This document shows positions 48,326 to 61,558 of a stretch of 64,000 nt of DNA, one piece after another. The stretch comes from Candidatus Eiseniibacteriota bacterium (GTDB lineage: Bacteria > Eisenbacteria > RBG-16-71-46), in the NCBI GenBank assembly GCA_963707915.1, contig OY970178.1, positions 2,528,001 to 2,592,000 of the forward strand, read 5' to 3'. A program made the translations under genes and the position numbers. A model generated the notes under the pieces. The model saw only the letters and a program-made list of their open reading frames with translations. It ran no database searches and was not told the DNA's origin. Every line of letters starts with the position of its first letter. The stretch's first letter is position 1.

Positions 48326-50131
48326 TCAGCGAACCACGCAGGCGCGCCGCACCAGCGACGCCCCCGCCCGCGTGAGCCGCACCACATAGACGCCGGGCGG
48401 CGGCATCTGACCCTCCGCGAGATCCACGACGTGGCTGCCGGCGCCCAGGCCGCCCACCTCGCGCGCACGGATGACGCGTCCCGCGATGTCGAGCACCTCG
48501 AGACGGGCGGCCGCGGCATCGGGCAGCGAGAAGGCGATGGCGAGACCATGCGTCGCCGGGTTCGGCCGCGGCCCGGCCAGCGCGAGCGCCGGCGCGGGGG
48601 GCACCGTGACCCAGGTCTCCCCGGCGTAGCGCCGCGCGTCGCCCTCCGTGAATGCGAGGCGGTAGCCATAGCGTCCGCCCGGGATCACGTCCCGGTCTTC
48701 GACCACGAACCGGCCGGAGCCGTCCGGGGTCACGGTCTCGAGCCGGGTCCAGGCGGAGACCGGGGTGCCCCGCTCCACATCGGCCACGGGGCCCGCGCCA
48801 CCGCTCGCGAGCCAGGTGAGACGCACCACATCGTGCTCGGCGATGGCGCTCACCAGTGCGAGTGCCACGGGGGTCGCGGCGTCGCCCGTGCCCGGCGCCA
48901 TCAGGGCCGGGTCACCCAGCAGCAGGTTGCCCTGCGTGGTGGGACGGGCCAGCTCGCTTGGCGGGGCGTAGTCCGCGATCGTCGACGAGAGCGCCTCGCC
49001 GATGGTGGGGGCTTCCGATGCCAGGACCTCCGGCCCGTAGATGCGCTCGACGATGTCCTTGACGAATCTCATGGAGACGCCGATGAGCTGGAGGTCGGCC
49101 GGGCCGACGACGGCCGCGGCGCCGCCCCGGGGGGCGCGGAGCAGTGCCGCCCCGATGGAGAACGTCCCGGGCTGGTTCGTATAGGGCGATGGCGCGAAGA
49201 CGCACATGGGGCGGGCGTTCGTGAGTGCCGCGAGATCCGCCGCGACGAGGTTGTCCTGGGACTGGATGCCCGCGGCAAAGACGCCGGGCCCGCCGGGTCC
49301 GTAGAGGGTGAGGACGTCGTAGCCCCGCTCGAGCGAATCCAACATGCTGGCGCGCGTCGCCTGGAATGATCCGGGCCAGCTCGCGGGGAATTCGTAGAGC
49401 CGCGCGACGTGGTTCTCCGGATGAGCCGTGAAGAGCGGCAGCAGCTCCTCGCTGAACATGGCGAAGTCGACACGTGGCACGGGGTAGGCGTCCCCGGCGC
49501 CCGTCAGCAACACCGAGATGGGCCCGTTCGCCGTGGCGGCGTTCATCGCCGCGAGCGTCTTCTGCACGAACACCTGCGCTTCGGCCGCCGAGGTCACGGG
49601 CGCGCGTCCCACGGCCAGGTCGGGGACGAAGCTCATGTCGTCCCCGACCTCGCCGAGGTCGGGCTGCGGCGATTCGCCCCACAGGCTGTCGCCGTCGGCG
49701 TTCCAGTCCCCCGCCAGGCAGGCGTAGTACTGGTCGGTGGGCAAGAACTGAACGGGCAACGAGGAGATCTGGTCCAGGCGCAGGAACACCCGCCGGATCG
49801 GCACGAGCGGATCGTCGCCACCCAGCAGCACGAAGCGGGTCTGCCAGTTGGCGCGGGCGTCCTGCAGGAACATGCGGATGCTCTCGGCGTCGTCACGGCC
49901 GGAAGGATAGTCGGCGCGGATGCCCTGCACGGTCCGGATCGTGCTCGCGAGTCCGGCCGAGCCGTGCGCGGCCGCGAGTGGAGCGAATGCCGAGACCAGC
50001 GTGGTGTCGGTTACGATGACGTGCGGGACGACGCCCGGCACCTGGGACGGACGGAGCGCGTGGGCCGGGAACGGAAGCGAGACGAGGAGCGTGACGATGA
50101 GGAACGCACGAGCGGCGGCCTGCGGACGCAT
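48326..50131 (-). CDS. C25 (gingipain)-like protein with C-terminal FlgD/T9SS-CTD-like domain; catalytic dyad apparently absent
   Basis: GGAGG RBS; signal peptide; LLGGD, PTDQYY, PDLAVGRAPV, NLLLGDPAL; C-terminal PRPNPA...LDIAGRVIR...PGVYVVRL. Confidence 0.82.
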   Translation of the reverse strand: MRPQAAARAFLIVTLLVSLPFPAHALRPSQVPGVVPHVIVTDTTLVSAFAPLAAAHGSAGLASTIRTVQGIRADYPSGRDDAESIRMFLQDARANWQTRFVLLGGDDPLVPIRRVFLRLDQISSLPVQFLPTDQYYACLAGDWNADGDSLWGESPQPDLGEVGDDMSFVPDLAVGRAPVTSAAEAQVFVQKTLAAMNAATANGPISVLLTGAGDAYPVPRVDFAMFSEELLPLFTAHPENHVARLYEFPASWPGSFQATRASMLDSLERGYDVLTLYGPGGPGVFAAGIQSQDNLVAADLAALTNARPMCVFAPSPYTNQPGTFSIGAALLRAPRGGAAAVVGPADLQLIGVSMRFVKDIVERIYGPEVLASEAPTIGEALSSTIADYAPPSELARPTTQGNLLLGDPALMAPGTGDAATPVALALVSAIAEHDVVRLTWLASGGAGPVADVERGTPVSAWTRLETVTPDGSGRFVVEDRDVIPGGRYGYRLAFTEGDARRYAGETWVTVPPAPALALAGPRPNPATHGLAIAFSLPDAAAARLEVLDIAGRVIRAREVGGLGAGSHVVDLAEGQMPPPGVYVVRLTRAGASLVRRACVVR

Positions 50132-50335
50132 GACTGGACCTCCCATTCTGGGGACCGACAGAAGCCGCCCAGGTCGGGCGGAAATGGAGTATCCAGTGCG
50201 GCGGGGTCACCCTCCGGGTGCGCGGCAAGCCGTGGGCTCGAGCCAGCGAATAGATGGTACTCCCGGGACACACGGGCCCACAAGCCCCATGATCACGCTG
50301 CGGCGGCGGCGCCCCGTTCGGTCGCGAGCGCGCGC

Positions 50336-53908
<3,573 letters not shown>

Positions 53909-54207
53909 GGGGATCTCCCGGGCGGTCCACGGCCGCGTCCGCGATGTCGGTCCGGGCCCGAAACGGCAGGCCGGGTCCGACGCAGCCTAGCAGCGGCGCG
54001 GGGGGGCCTCAAGTGATTGCGGGGACTGCGCCAGCAGGGCGGGCGCGCCCGGACGTCATCCGCGCACCGGGCGCGCCCGTCGTGCATCTCAACGGATGAG
54101 CTTGGTCACGGGCAGCCCGGCGTGGTAATACCGTGCCAGACGAATCGCTGAAGACCGCGACGCGCCCGCGTCGGCGGAACCGGCGGATCATGGAGGAGGT
54201 CGTCCCA

Positions 54208-55041
54208 ATGTCCAGCCCTCGAACGTTCCTCACCCTGCTGTCCCTGGTGACCCTGGTCGCGACGGCTTCGGCCGCCACGCAGGAAACGGCCACCCGGATC
54301 GACCCGGCGGCGCCCTGCTACGCCTGCCCCGCCGTGGACTACGACGGTGACGGCGTCTTCGACCGCGTGGACTACTGCAACAACACGCCGAAGGGTTGCG
54401 TCGTGGACAAGACCGGCTGCTCGGTCGACTCCGACGGCGACGGGGTCTGCGACGGCCTCGACAAGTGCCCGGACACCCCGAAGGGCGAGAAGGTCGACAA
54501 GGAAGGCTGCAGCGCCAGCCAGCTGGCCGTCGCCACCGTGCCGGCCACGCCGCCGCCGCCGCCGCCCGCGCAGGAGATCCAGCGTCCGGCCACGCCGCCG
54601 CCGCCGCCCGCGCCGCCCCAGTCCGAGATCGAGAAGCAGCTGGTCGAGACCGGCAACATCGTGCTTCGCGACGTCTACTTCGACGTCAACAAGGCCACGC
54701 TGCTGCCGGAGTCCGAGGCGCGGCTGAACGAGGCCGGCGCGGCGATCGAGAAGTTCGTCGACCTGAAGATCGAGGTGCAGGGCCACACCGACTCGCGCGG
54801 CTCGGCCAGGTACAACGAGAAGCTGAGCCAGGCCCGCGCGGAGGCGGTGCGCGAATACCTGCTGGGCCACTTCCACCTGAACGCCGACAACGTGTTCGCC
54901 AAGGGCTACGGCAAGAGCCAGCTCGCGGTCTCGCCCGAGAAGTCGGCCGAGGACTACGCGATGAACCGCCGCGTGGTGCTCAAGGCCATCAACCCCGAGG
55001 TGCTTCCCAAGGGCGTGACGGTCGAGGACCAGGCCAAGTAA
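54208..55041 (+). CDS. OmpA C-terminal-domain protein with two TSP3-like repeats and Pro-rich linker, no barrel
   Basis: GGAGGAGG RBS; signal peptide; DYDGDGV and DSDGDGV repeats; GHTDSRG...NEKLSQARA...NRRV. Confidence 0.9.
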   Translation: MSSPRTFLTLLSLVTLVATASAATQETATRIDPAAPCYACPAVDYDGDGVFDRVDYCNNTPKGCVVDKTGCSVDSDGDGVCDGLDKCPDTPKGEKVDKEGCSASQLAVATVPATPPPPPPAQEIQRPATPPPPPAPPQSEIEKQLVETGNIVLRDVYFDVNKATLLPESEARLNEAGAAIEKFVDLKIEVQGHTDSRGSARYNEKLSQARAEAVREYLLGHFHLNADNVFAKGYGKSQLAVSPEKSAEDYAMNRRVVLKAINPEVLPKGVTVEDQAK

Positions 55042-55055
55042 CCGGACCGGAACCG

Positions 55056-55093
55056 ACGAAGCCCCCGGGGCCGCGAGGCGCCGGGGGCTTCGT
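55056..55093. terminator. Candidate bidirectional terminator hairpin
   Basis: ACGAAGCCCCCGG...CCGGGGGCTTCGT inverted repeat between convergent stop codons. Confidence 0.7.
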
Positions 55094-55434
55094 TACGACC
55101 GGATCATCGTCAGCGCCATCTTGAAGCGCTCGTTCGCCTTGAGCGCGTGCGGGACGTTCGCGGGCATGAGGATCATGCCGCCCGCCCGCAGGTCGTAGGG
55201 GGTGCCGCCCACGGTGATCTCCGCCCGGCCGTCGAGGACCTGGACCAGCGCGTCGAAGGGCGTGGTGTGCTCGCTCAGGCCCTGGCCCTGGTCGAAGGCG
55301 AACACGGTCACGTTCCCGGTGGCCTGCTTGACGATGGTGCGGCTCACCACCGAACCGGGCTGGTAGGCCACCAGGTCGGCCATCACGCCGGTCAGCGGAG
55401 TCGGGGCCTGCGGGGCCTTCGCGTCGGGTGTCAT
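55093..55434 (-). CDS. Cupin-domain protein
   Basis: YQPGSVVSRTI, FDQGQGLSEHT, MPANVPHALKA; GAGGAG RBS. Confidence 0.88.
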   Translation of the reverse strand: MTPDAKAPQAPTPLTGVMADLVAYQPGSVVSRTIVKQATGNVTVFAFDQGQGLSEHTTPFDALVQVLDGRAEITVGGTPYDLRAGGMILMPANVPHALKANERFKMALTMIRS

Positions 55435-55451
55435 CGGGGTATCTCCTCTCG

Positions 55452-56339
55452 TCAGGGGACCGCGCGTGCCGGCGCGCGCTGGACCAGCGCCACGCCGGCC
55501 AGGACCACGAGCCCGCCGGCCAGGCTCGTCGGTGTCACCTTCTCGCCCAGCAGTGCCACGGCGGCGACGAGCGTCACCAGCGGCTCGAGGTAGAGGAACG
55601 CGGCCACGCGCGAAGTCTCCACCCGCGCGAGCGCCCCGCACCAGAGCAGGTAGCCGAGCCCCGAGGCGCCGATCCCCAGGTAGAGCACCGCCGCCAGCCC
55701 GGCCCCGGAGAGCGTCGCGTATTCGCGCCACCCGCCCGCGCCGACGAAGAGCGGCGCCAGCATCAACCCCCCGAACAGCATGGCCCCCGCGGTGGCGCGC
55801 AGGCTCCCGAGGCGGCGGATGGTCGCGTGCCCGAGGGTCGTGTAGATCGCCCAGTTGAGCGTGCTCGCGAACATCAGCAGGTCGCCGCGGGTGCCCGGCA
55901 GGGCGAGGAGGTCCGGGGTGACGCGTCCGCGCGAGACCACCAGCGCGGCGCCCGCGAAGCCGAGGACCAACCCGGCGACCTTGAGTGCGCCGAAGCGCTC
56001 GCGCAGGAACAGTCCCGCCAGCACCGCCGACCAGATCGGGATCAACCCGACGATCCAGCCGGCGTGCACGGCGGTCGTGAGCCGGATGCCGAAGGCCTGG
56101 AGCACCTGGTGGAAGCACACCCCGACGAAGCCCATGAGCGCGAGCGGGCCCCACGAATCGCGCGGCGGCACCAGCGGCATCCGCCGGGCGGCGAGCGTGA
56201 TCAGCAGCAGCACGGTCCCGAGCGCGGAACGCGAGAAGATGAGCGTGACGGGCGAGACCTCGCGCAGCGCCGCCTTGGTGGCGACGAACGAGACCCCCCA
56301 GAGGACGACCGCGAGGAAGGCCTGCAGGCGCGGTGGCAT
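55452..56339 (-). CDS. DMT/EamA-family transporter
   Basis: LWGVSFVATK; about 10 TM; FLYLEPLVT. Confidence 0.92.
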   Translation of the reverse strand: MPPRLQAFLAVVLWGVSFVATKAALREVSPVTLIFSRSALGTVLLLITLAARRMPLVPPRDSWGPLALMGFVGVCFHQVLQAFGIRLTTAVHAGWIVGLIPIWSAVLAGLFLRERFGALKVAGLVLGFAGAALVVSRGRVTPDLLALPGTRGDLLMFASTLNWAIYTTLGHATIRRLGSLRATAGAMLFGGLMLAPLFVGAGGWREYATLSGAGLAAVLYLGIGASGLGYLLWCGALARVETSRVAAFLYLEPLVTLVAAVALLGEKVTPTSLAGGLVVLAGVALVQRAPARAVP

Positions 56340-56357
56340 GGGAGCCTCGCGGGGGGC

Positions 56358-57053
56358 TCAGCCGGCCAGCGCCCGGTCCACCGCCGCCGTGGCGTGGAGC
56401 GCGAGCGTGTCGAAGAGGACGGCCGGGGTCTCGCCCGGCCGGATCAGCATGGGCAGCTCCGTGCACCCCAGCACGACGCCCTGTGCGCCGCGCTCGAGCA
56501 GCCGGTCCAGCTCCCGCAGGCAGGTCCGCTTCGCGGGCTCGGTGAAGCGCCCGGCCGCCAGCTCGTCGTAGATGAGCCGGTCGACCTCGCGGATCCCCTC
56601 CGCGTCCGGGACCAGCACGCGGATGCCGTGGCGCTCGGCCATGCGGCCCACCCAGAAGTCGCCGGCCATGGTGAAGCGGGTGCCCAGCAGGCCGACCGTG
56701 CGCATGCCCCGCGCGCGGATGGCGGCGGCCGTCGCGTCGGCGATGTGCAGGACCGGCAGGCCGACCGCGGCCTCGACCGGCCCGGCGACCTGGTGCAGCG
56801 TGTTGGCGGTGAGCAGCAGGAAGTCGGCGCCGGCGCCCCGGAGCCGGCGGCCGATGTCCGCGATCTCCTGCTCGACGGCCGCCCAGCCCCCGTGCTCCTG
56901 CAGCGCGAGGTGCTCCTCGAAGTCCACGTTCGACATCACCAGCTTCGCCGAGTGACGGCCGCCGAGGCGCTCCGCCACCTGCTCGTTGATGATCCGGTAG
57001 TAGTCGAGCGTGGCCCTCCACGTGAACCCGCCCACGATGCCGATGGTCTTCAT
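56358..57053 (-). CDS. Aspartate/glutamate racemase family protein (YgeA/RacX-like)
   Basis: MKTIGIVGG, YYRIINE...LGGRHSA, ANTLH, LLGTRFTM, LGCTELP. Confidence 0.92.
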   Translation of the reverse strand: MKTIGIVGGFTWRATLDYYRIINEQVAERLGGRHSAKLVMSNVDFEEHLALQEHGGWAAVEQEIADIGRRLRGAGADFLLLTANTLHQVAGPVEAAVGLPVLHIADATAAAIRARGMRTVGLLGTRFTMAGDFWVGRMAERHGIRVLVPDAEGIREVDRLIYDELAAGRFTEPAKRTCLRELDRLLERGAQGVVLGCTELPMLIRPGETPAVLFDTLALHATAAVDRALAG

Positions 57054-57081
57054 GCGGATCCCCTCCCGCGCGCCGCCGGGC

Positions 57082-59127
57082 TCACTTGCTCCCCTCGAGG
57101 CCGAGCCGCCCGATCACGCTCTCGGCGACGAGCAACAGCAGCGCCAGCGAAACGAACCAGGTCCACAGCTCGCGCCCGAAGCGGGCCTCCCGCACGCGGC
57201 GCGCGAGGTCCGCGCCCGGCGGGACGAGCTGGGCGCGCCCGGCGGGGAACGCGCGCAGCAGCGCCGCCCCGGGGACGGCCGCCAGGTCCGACTCGCGCGG
57301 GTCCGGGTTCACGGCGAAGGTGTTGCGCACCGCCGCGCCCTGGATCACGCGGTAGAGCCCGGTCCGCTCGAGCGGCACCGAGACCAGGCGCGTCGCGCCC
57401 GCCGCGGCCACCAGCTCGGCCGGCACCTCGCGGCCGCGCTCGTCCTCGATGCGCCACAGGCCGGTCGCCGCGGGCGCGCGGTAGCGTTCGCCCGGCAGCC
57501 AGGAGGCGGCCGCCGTGCCGCGGCCCAGCACCTTGACGGCCTGGTGCAGGAGCGGCAGGAACGCCCCGCTCACCGGGAAGTCGGAGGCCTGCGGGTCGAG
57601 CCCCGCCGCGAAGGCCAGCACGCGCGTGCCCTCGACCAGCGCGGGGTGCGCGCGGTCGAACTCGAGCAGCGTGCGGGCGCCCCGGGCGGGGGCGAACTCG
57701 CGGATGGCACGGAAACGCGCGGTGGTGAGCGGTTCCCCCGGCCGCGCGGGGAAGCCCGCGAGCACGGCGTGGCCGGCGAGCGAGCGCAGCAGGCGCCAGG
57801 CGGCCTCGGGCGCCGCCTGGCGGGTGGCGCCGAGCGTGCCGAGGCCGGCCTCGCGCAACAGCGAGCCGTTCCAGAAGCCGGCGTCGGCGCGCGCGCCGAG
57901 GATGACGAGCACGGCCCCGCCCGAGCGCTGGAAGTCGAGCACGGCCTGCGTCTCCATCGCGCCCAGCCGCTCGAGGTCGTTCAGGACCAGCACGTCCGCG
58001 CCGGCGAGGCGCGCGGGCAGCGCGGCCCCGTCCACGGTCTCGACCGCGAGGCCCGAGGCCGGGGTCCCCGCCTCGAGCGCGAGCCGGAGCGCGGAGGGCG
58101 GGCCGTCCTCGCGCAGCACGACGCGCAGCGTCCCGGAGCGGCCCGCCGCGAACACGCGGCGGTTGTCGAGCGGCAGCGGATCGTCCGGGATGGTGACCAC
58201 GCCACCCTGGTCGGGGACGCGCGCCAGTGGCAGGAGCGTCGCCGCGGCGCCGCGCGCGGGCAGGCCGAGGAAGCCGCGCGCCAGCTCGGCGCCGTTCTGG
58301 GCATCGTGCGCCTCGACGGCGAGATCGCCGGGGCTCGCGCCGTACGACGTGGCCGACACGGTGAGCGCGAGGCCGCTCTCCGTGGGGGCGAGCGCGGCGT
58401 CGGTGAGGGCCACGTTGGCGCGGCTGCGCGGGGCGAGCGGGACCAGGTAGGCGCGCGCCTGCCCCCAGGGCCCGGCGGGCGCGGCGCCGAACGCCCCGTC
58501 GGGGAATCCCGCGGCCTGGAAGTCCGAGATCCAGAACAGCTCGCGGTTGAGCGCGTGCGTGCCGGCCAGCGCGCGGGCGGCGAACTCGAGCGCCGCGCGG
58601 TGGTCGGTCGTCATGGCCCCCGCGTCGAGCGCCTGCGCCGCGACGCGCAACCGCCCCACGTCCCCGCTCGGTCGCGCGCTCCCGGGTCGCGGGACGACGT
58701 CGTAGGGGACCAGCAGCAGCTCGTCGGACGGCCCGAGCGTGGTGAGGAGGTCCTCGACCACCCGGCGCGCCTGCCCGGCGAGCGTCGCGGCCGGTCCTCC
58801 GGGGACCGCGCCGCCGGCCGCGCCCATGCTGCCGCTGACGTCCACCAGCGCGACCACGGTGGTGGCGGCGCCGGAACCGGCGCCGGTGCTGCGCACCGCC
58901 GGCCGCGCCAGGGCCAGCGCGATCGCGGCCACCGCCAGCGTGCGCAGCAGCAGCAGCAGCCACTGCTTCAGGCGCAGGCGGCGGATCTCGCTCTGGTTCA
59001 CCTCGGAGAGGAACTCGATGGAGGGGAACGGACGCTCGCGTGGGCGCCGCCGCGTGAACAGGTGGATGACGACCGGGATGGCGGCGGCGAGCAGGCCGAG
59101 GAGGAAGAGCGGGTTGAGGAAGCTCAT
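57082..59127 (-). CDS. BatA N-terminal domain + vWA membrane protein
   Basis: MSFLNPLFLLGLLAAAIPVVIHL...FPSIEFL; MIDAS DVSGS; VNPDPRESDL; C-terminal TM. Confidence 0.9.
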   Translation of the reverse strand: MSFLNPLFLLGLLAAAIPVVIHLFTRRRPRERPFPSIEFLSEVNQSEIRRLRLKQWLLLLLRTLAVAAIALALARPAVRSTGAGSGAATTVVALVDVSGSMGAAGGAVPGGPAATLAGQARRVVEDLLTTLGPSDELLLVPYDVVPRPGSARPSGDVGRLRVAAQALDAGAMTTDHRAALEFAARALAGTHALNRELFWISDFQAAGFPDGAFGAAPAGPWGQARAYLVPLAPRSRANVALTDAALAPTESGLALTVSATSYGASPGDLAVEAHDAQNGAELARGFLGLPARGAAATLLPLARVPDQGGVVTIPDDPLPLDNRRVFAAGRSGTLRVVLREDGPPSALRLALEAGTPASGLAVETVDGAALPARLAGADVLVLNDLERLGAMETQAVLDFQRSGGAVLVILGARADAGFWNGSLLREAGLGTLGATRQAAPEAAWRLLRSLAGHAVLAGFPARPGEPLTTARFRAIREFAPARGARTLLEFDRAHPALVEGTRVLAFAAGLDPQASDFPVSGAFLPLLHQAVKVLGRGTAAASWLPGERYRAPAATGLWRIEDERGREVPAELVAAAGATRLVSVPLERTGLYRVIQGAAVRNTFAVNPDPRESDLAAVPGAALLRAFPAGRAQLVPPGADLARRVREARFGRELWTWFVSLALLLLVAESVIGRLGLEGSK

Positions 59128-59236
59128 CGTCCGCCCCTGCGCCGCGCGGGGCCCGTCCCGGCTCGCGCGGCCGCCGTGGGCCCGCGGCCGCCGGGGCGCG
59201 CGCCCCCGCGGGGCGCCGCGACGCCGCGGCGCGGGA

Positions 59237-60199
59237 TCACAGCAGCCTCGCGCGCTTCTCCAGGTACGCGAGCAACGCCTGGTCGAACGGGGTGCGGGTG
59301 TCGATCTGGACGTAGTCGATGCGGTTCTCGCGGCACTGCCGCCGGTACTGGGCGGTCCACGCCGCGAGCCGCTCGCGGTAGCGGCGCGCGATCTCCCACG
59401 GCTCGGTGGTGAGGCGCTCGCCGCTCTCCAGGTCCACGAAGGTCGTGCTGTCGGTGTAGGGGAAGTCGAGCTCCTCGGGATCGAGGACGTGGAAGACCAC
59501 CACCTCGTGGTGGTCGTGGCGGAAGTGCTGCAGGCCCGCCAGCACCTCGCCCGGCCGGTCCATGAGGTCCGAGCACAGCACGACCAGGCCGCGGCGCTTG
59601 ATGCGCTCGGCCAGCTCGTGCAGCGCGGGCCCGAGCCGCGTGCGGCCCTGCGGCTCGATCCCGCCGAGCGTCTTGAGCACGACGTCGAGGTGCGAGCGCA
59701 CGGCGCGCGCCGGCACGTAGCGCAGCGGCCGCTCGGCGAACAACAGCAGCCCCACGGCGTCCTGCTGGTGGAGCATGAGCCAGGCGAGCGACGCGGCCAG
59801 GCACTGCGCGTACTCGAGCTTGGTCATCACGGCGCGCGCCGAGCGGAACCCCATCGAGCCCGAGAAGTCGACGAGCAGGTGGCAGCGCAGGTTGGTCTCC
59901 TCGTTGTACTGCTTGACGAGGAAGCGGTCGGTGCGCGCCCAGACCTTCCAGTCGAGGCTCTTGAGCGGGTCGCCGGGCATGTAGGGCCGGTGCTCGGCGA
60001 ACTCGACGCTGAAGCCGTGGAAGGGCGAGCGGTGCATGCCGGCGATGAAGCCCTCGACCACCAGCCGCGCGCGCACGTCGAGGTGCGAGAGCCGCGCGAC
60101 CACCGCGGGGTCGAGCAGCTCCCGGCCGGCGGGGCGTGTGCCCGCCAGCCCCAGGTCGGGCCGCGCGCCGGACCCGGAGCGCGGGAAGGAGGCGCTCAC
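59237..60199 (-). CDS. DUF58 domain protein (vWA-like MoxR partner)
   Basis: GMHRSPFHGFSVEFAEHRPYMPGD...DWKVWART; DFSGSM; GTGA overlap with the upstream permease. Confidence 0.93.
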   Translation of the reverse strand: MSASFPRSGSGARPDLGLAGTRPAGRELLDPAVVARLSHLDVRARLVVEGFIAGMHRSPFHGFSVEFAEHRPYMPGDPLKSLDWKVWARTDRFLVKQYNEETNLRCHLLVDFSGSMGFRSARAVMTKLEYAQCLAASLAWLMLHQQDAVGLLLFAERPLRYVPARAVRSHLDVVLKTLGGIEPQGRTRLGPALHELAERIKRRGLVVLCSDLMDRPGEVLAGLQHFRHDHHEVVVFHVLDPEELDFPYTDSTTFVDLESGERLTTEPWEIARRYRERLAAWTAQYRRQCRENRIDYVQIDTRTPFDQALLAYLEKRARLL

Positions 60200-61551
60200 G
60201 CCACCCGCCTCCCGCGCCAGGCGAAGTACACCGGGAAGCCCAGCGCGGCGATGATCACGCCGGCCGCCGCGCGCCAGCCGCTCGCCGACAGGTCGCTCGC
60301 GATGATGGCCACGGTGACCAGGATGAAGAGGATGGGCGTGAGCGGGTAGAGCGGCGTGCGGTACTCGGAGAGCCGCCGGCCGGATTCGCGCTCGCGACGG
60401 CGCTGGACGAACAGCGCCGCGGTGGTCACGCCGTAGAACAGCCACATGGTGGTCACGAACCAGCCCGAGACGTCCTCGAACGAGCTGGCGATCCACAGCC
60501 ACAGGCAGGCCAGTGCCGCCTGCAGCCACAACGCGCGGTCGGGCGAGCCGCGCCGGGGGTCCACGTGGGCGAGCGGCGTCCACAGCAGGCCGTCGGCGGC
60601 CATCGCGAGCGTGACGCGCGGCCCGGTGAGGATCGCGCCGTTCACCGTGCCGAAGGCCGAGACCGCGACCAGCACGGCCAGCGCACGGCTGCCCCAGGGC
60701 CCGAGCAGGCGGCGCATGGTCTCCGCTCCCACCACCGGGTAGGCGGCCACCTCGCCCGGCGTGAGCACGCGGAAGTAGGCCAGGTTGGTCACCACGTAGA
60801 TGGCGATGACCAGCGCGGTGCCCCACAGGATGGCGATCGGGAGGTTGCGCTTCGGCTCCACGATCTCGCCGCCCACGTAGGTGGCGTCGGTCCAGCCGTC
60901 GTAGGCGAACAGCACCGGGATCATCGCCAGCACCAGGGCGAGCAGCAGCGGCCGCGCGACGCGCAACGTGGCGGCCGGCGCGTCGGCCAGCGGGCCGGAG
61001 TGCGGGAGCGCGAAGGCCGCCACGCACAGCGCGGCGATGCCCAGCACCTTGAGCGTGGTGAAGAGCGACGCCGTGCCCGCGCCCTCGCGCGCGCCCAGCG
61101 CGTTGATGCCGGTCAGCAGCAGGATCGCCGCGCAGCCCACTGGCAGCAGCACGCCGCGCGGCAGGCCCACGGCGTCGCAGAAGTACTCGGCGAACACGAA
61201 GGTGATGGCCGCGATCAGCGTGGGCTTGATGACCCAGAGGTTGGCCCAGCCGAAGGTGAAGGCCCAGGCGTCGCCGAAGCCCTCGCGGATGAAGACGTAG
61301 AGCCCGCCGGTCTTCGGCTGCGCCACCGCCAGCTCCACCAGGGCGAGCGAGCCGCACAGCGAGAGCATGCCACCGACGACCCAGACGGCGATCATCGCGG
61401 GCGCCTGGTCGAGGAACTGCGCGACCGAGTTCGGCGACTTGAAGATGCCCGAGCCGACGATGTTGCCGACCGTGATGGCCGTGGCGGCGTAGAGGCCGAT
61501 CTGGCGCTTGAGGTCCACTTCCGGGCGTGGCGCGTGCGGGGCGGGAGCCAT
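60196..61551 (-). CDS. APC-family amino acid permease (LAT-like)
   Basis: IVGSGIF, GGLYVFI, FAYDGW, EPKRNLP, YPLTP. Confidence 0.92.
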   Translation of the reverse strand: MAPAPHAPRPEVDLKRQIGLYAATAITVGNIVGSGIFKSPNSVAQFLDQAPAMIAVWVVGGMLSLCGSLALVELAVAQPKTGGLYVFIREGFGDAWAFTFGWANLWVIKPTLIAAITFVFAEYFCDAVGLPRGVLLPVGCAAILLLTGINALGAREGAGTASLFTTLKVLGIAALCVAAFALPHSGPLADAPAATLRVARPLLLALVLAMIPVLFAYDGWTDATYVGGEIVEPKRNLPIAILWGTALVIAIYVVTNLAYFRVLTPGEVAAYPVVGAETMRRLLGPWGSRALAVLVAVSAFGTVNGAILTGPRVTLAMAADGLLWTPLAHVDPRRGSPDRALWLQAALACLWLWIASSFEDVSGWFVTTMWLFYGVTTAALFVQRRRERESGRRLSEYRTPLYPLTPILFILVTVAIIASDLSASGWRAAAGVIIAALGFPVYFAWRGRRVA

Positions 61552-61558
61552 GCGCGGG

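Noticed and set aside
54541..54612. (CCG)n tracts as phase-variation sites
   Set aside because: In-frame poly-proline linker; slippage would not shift the frame.
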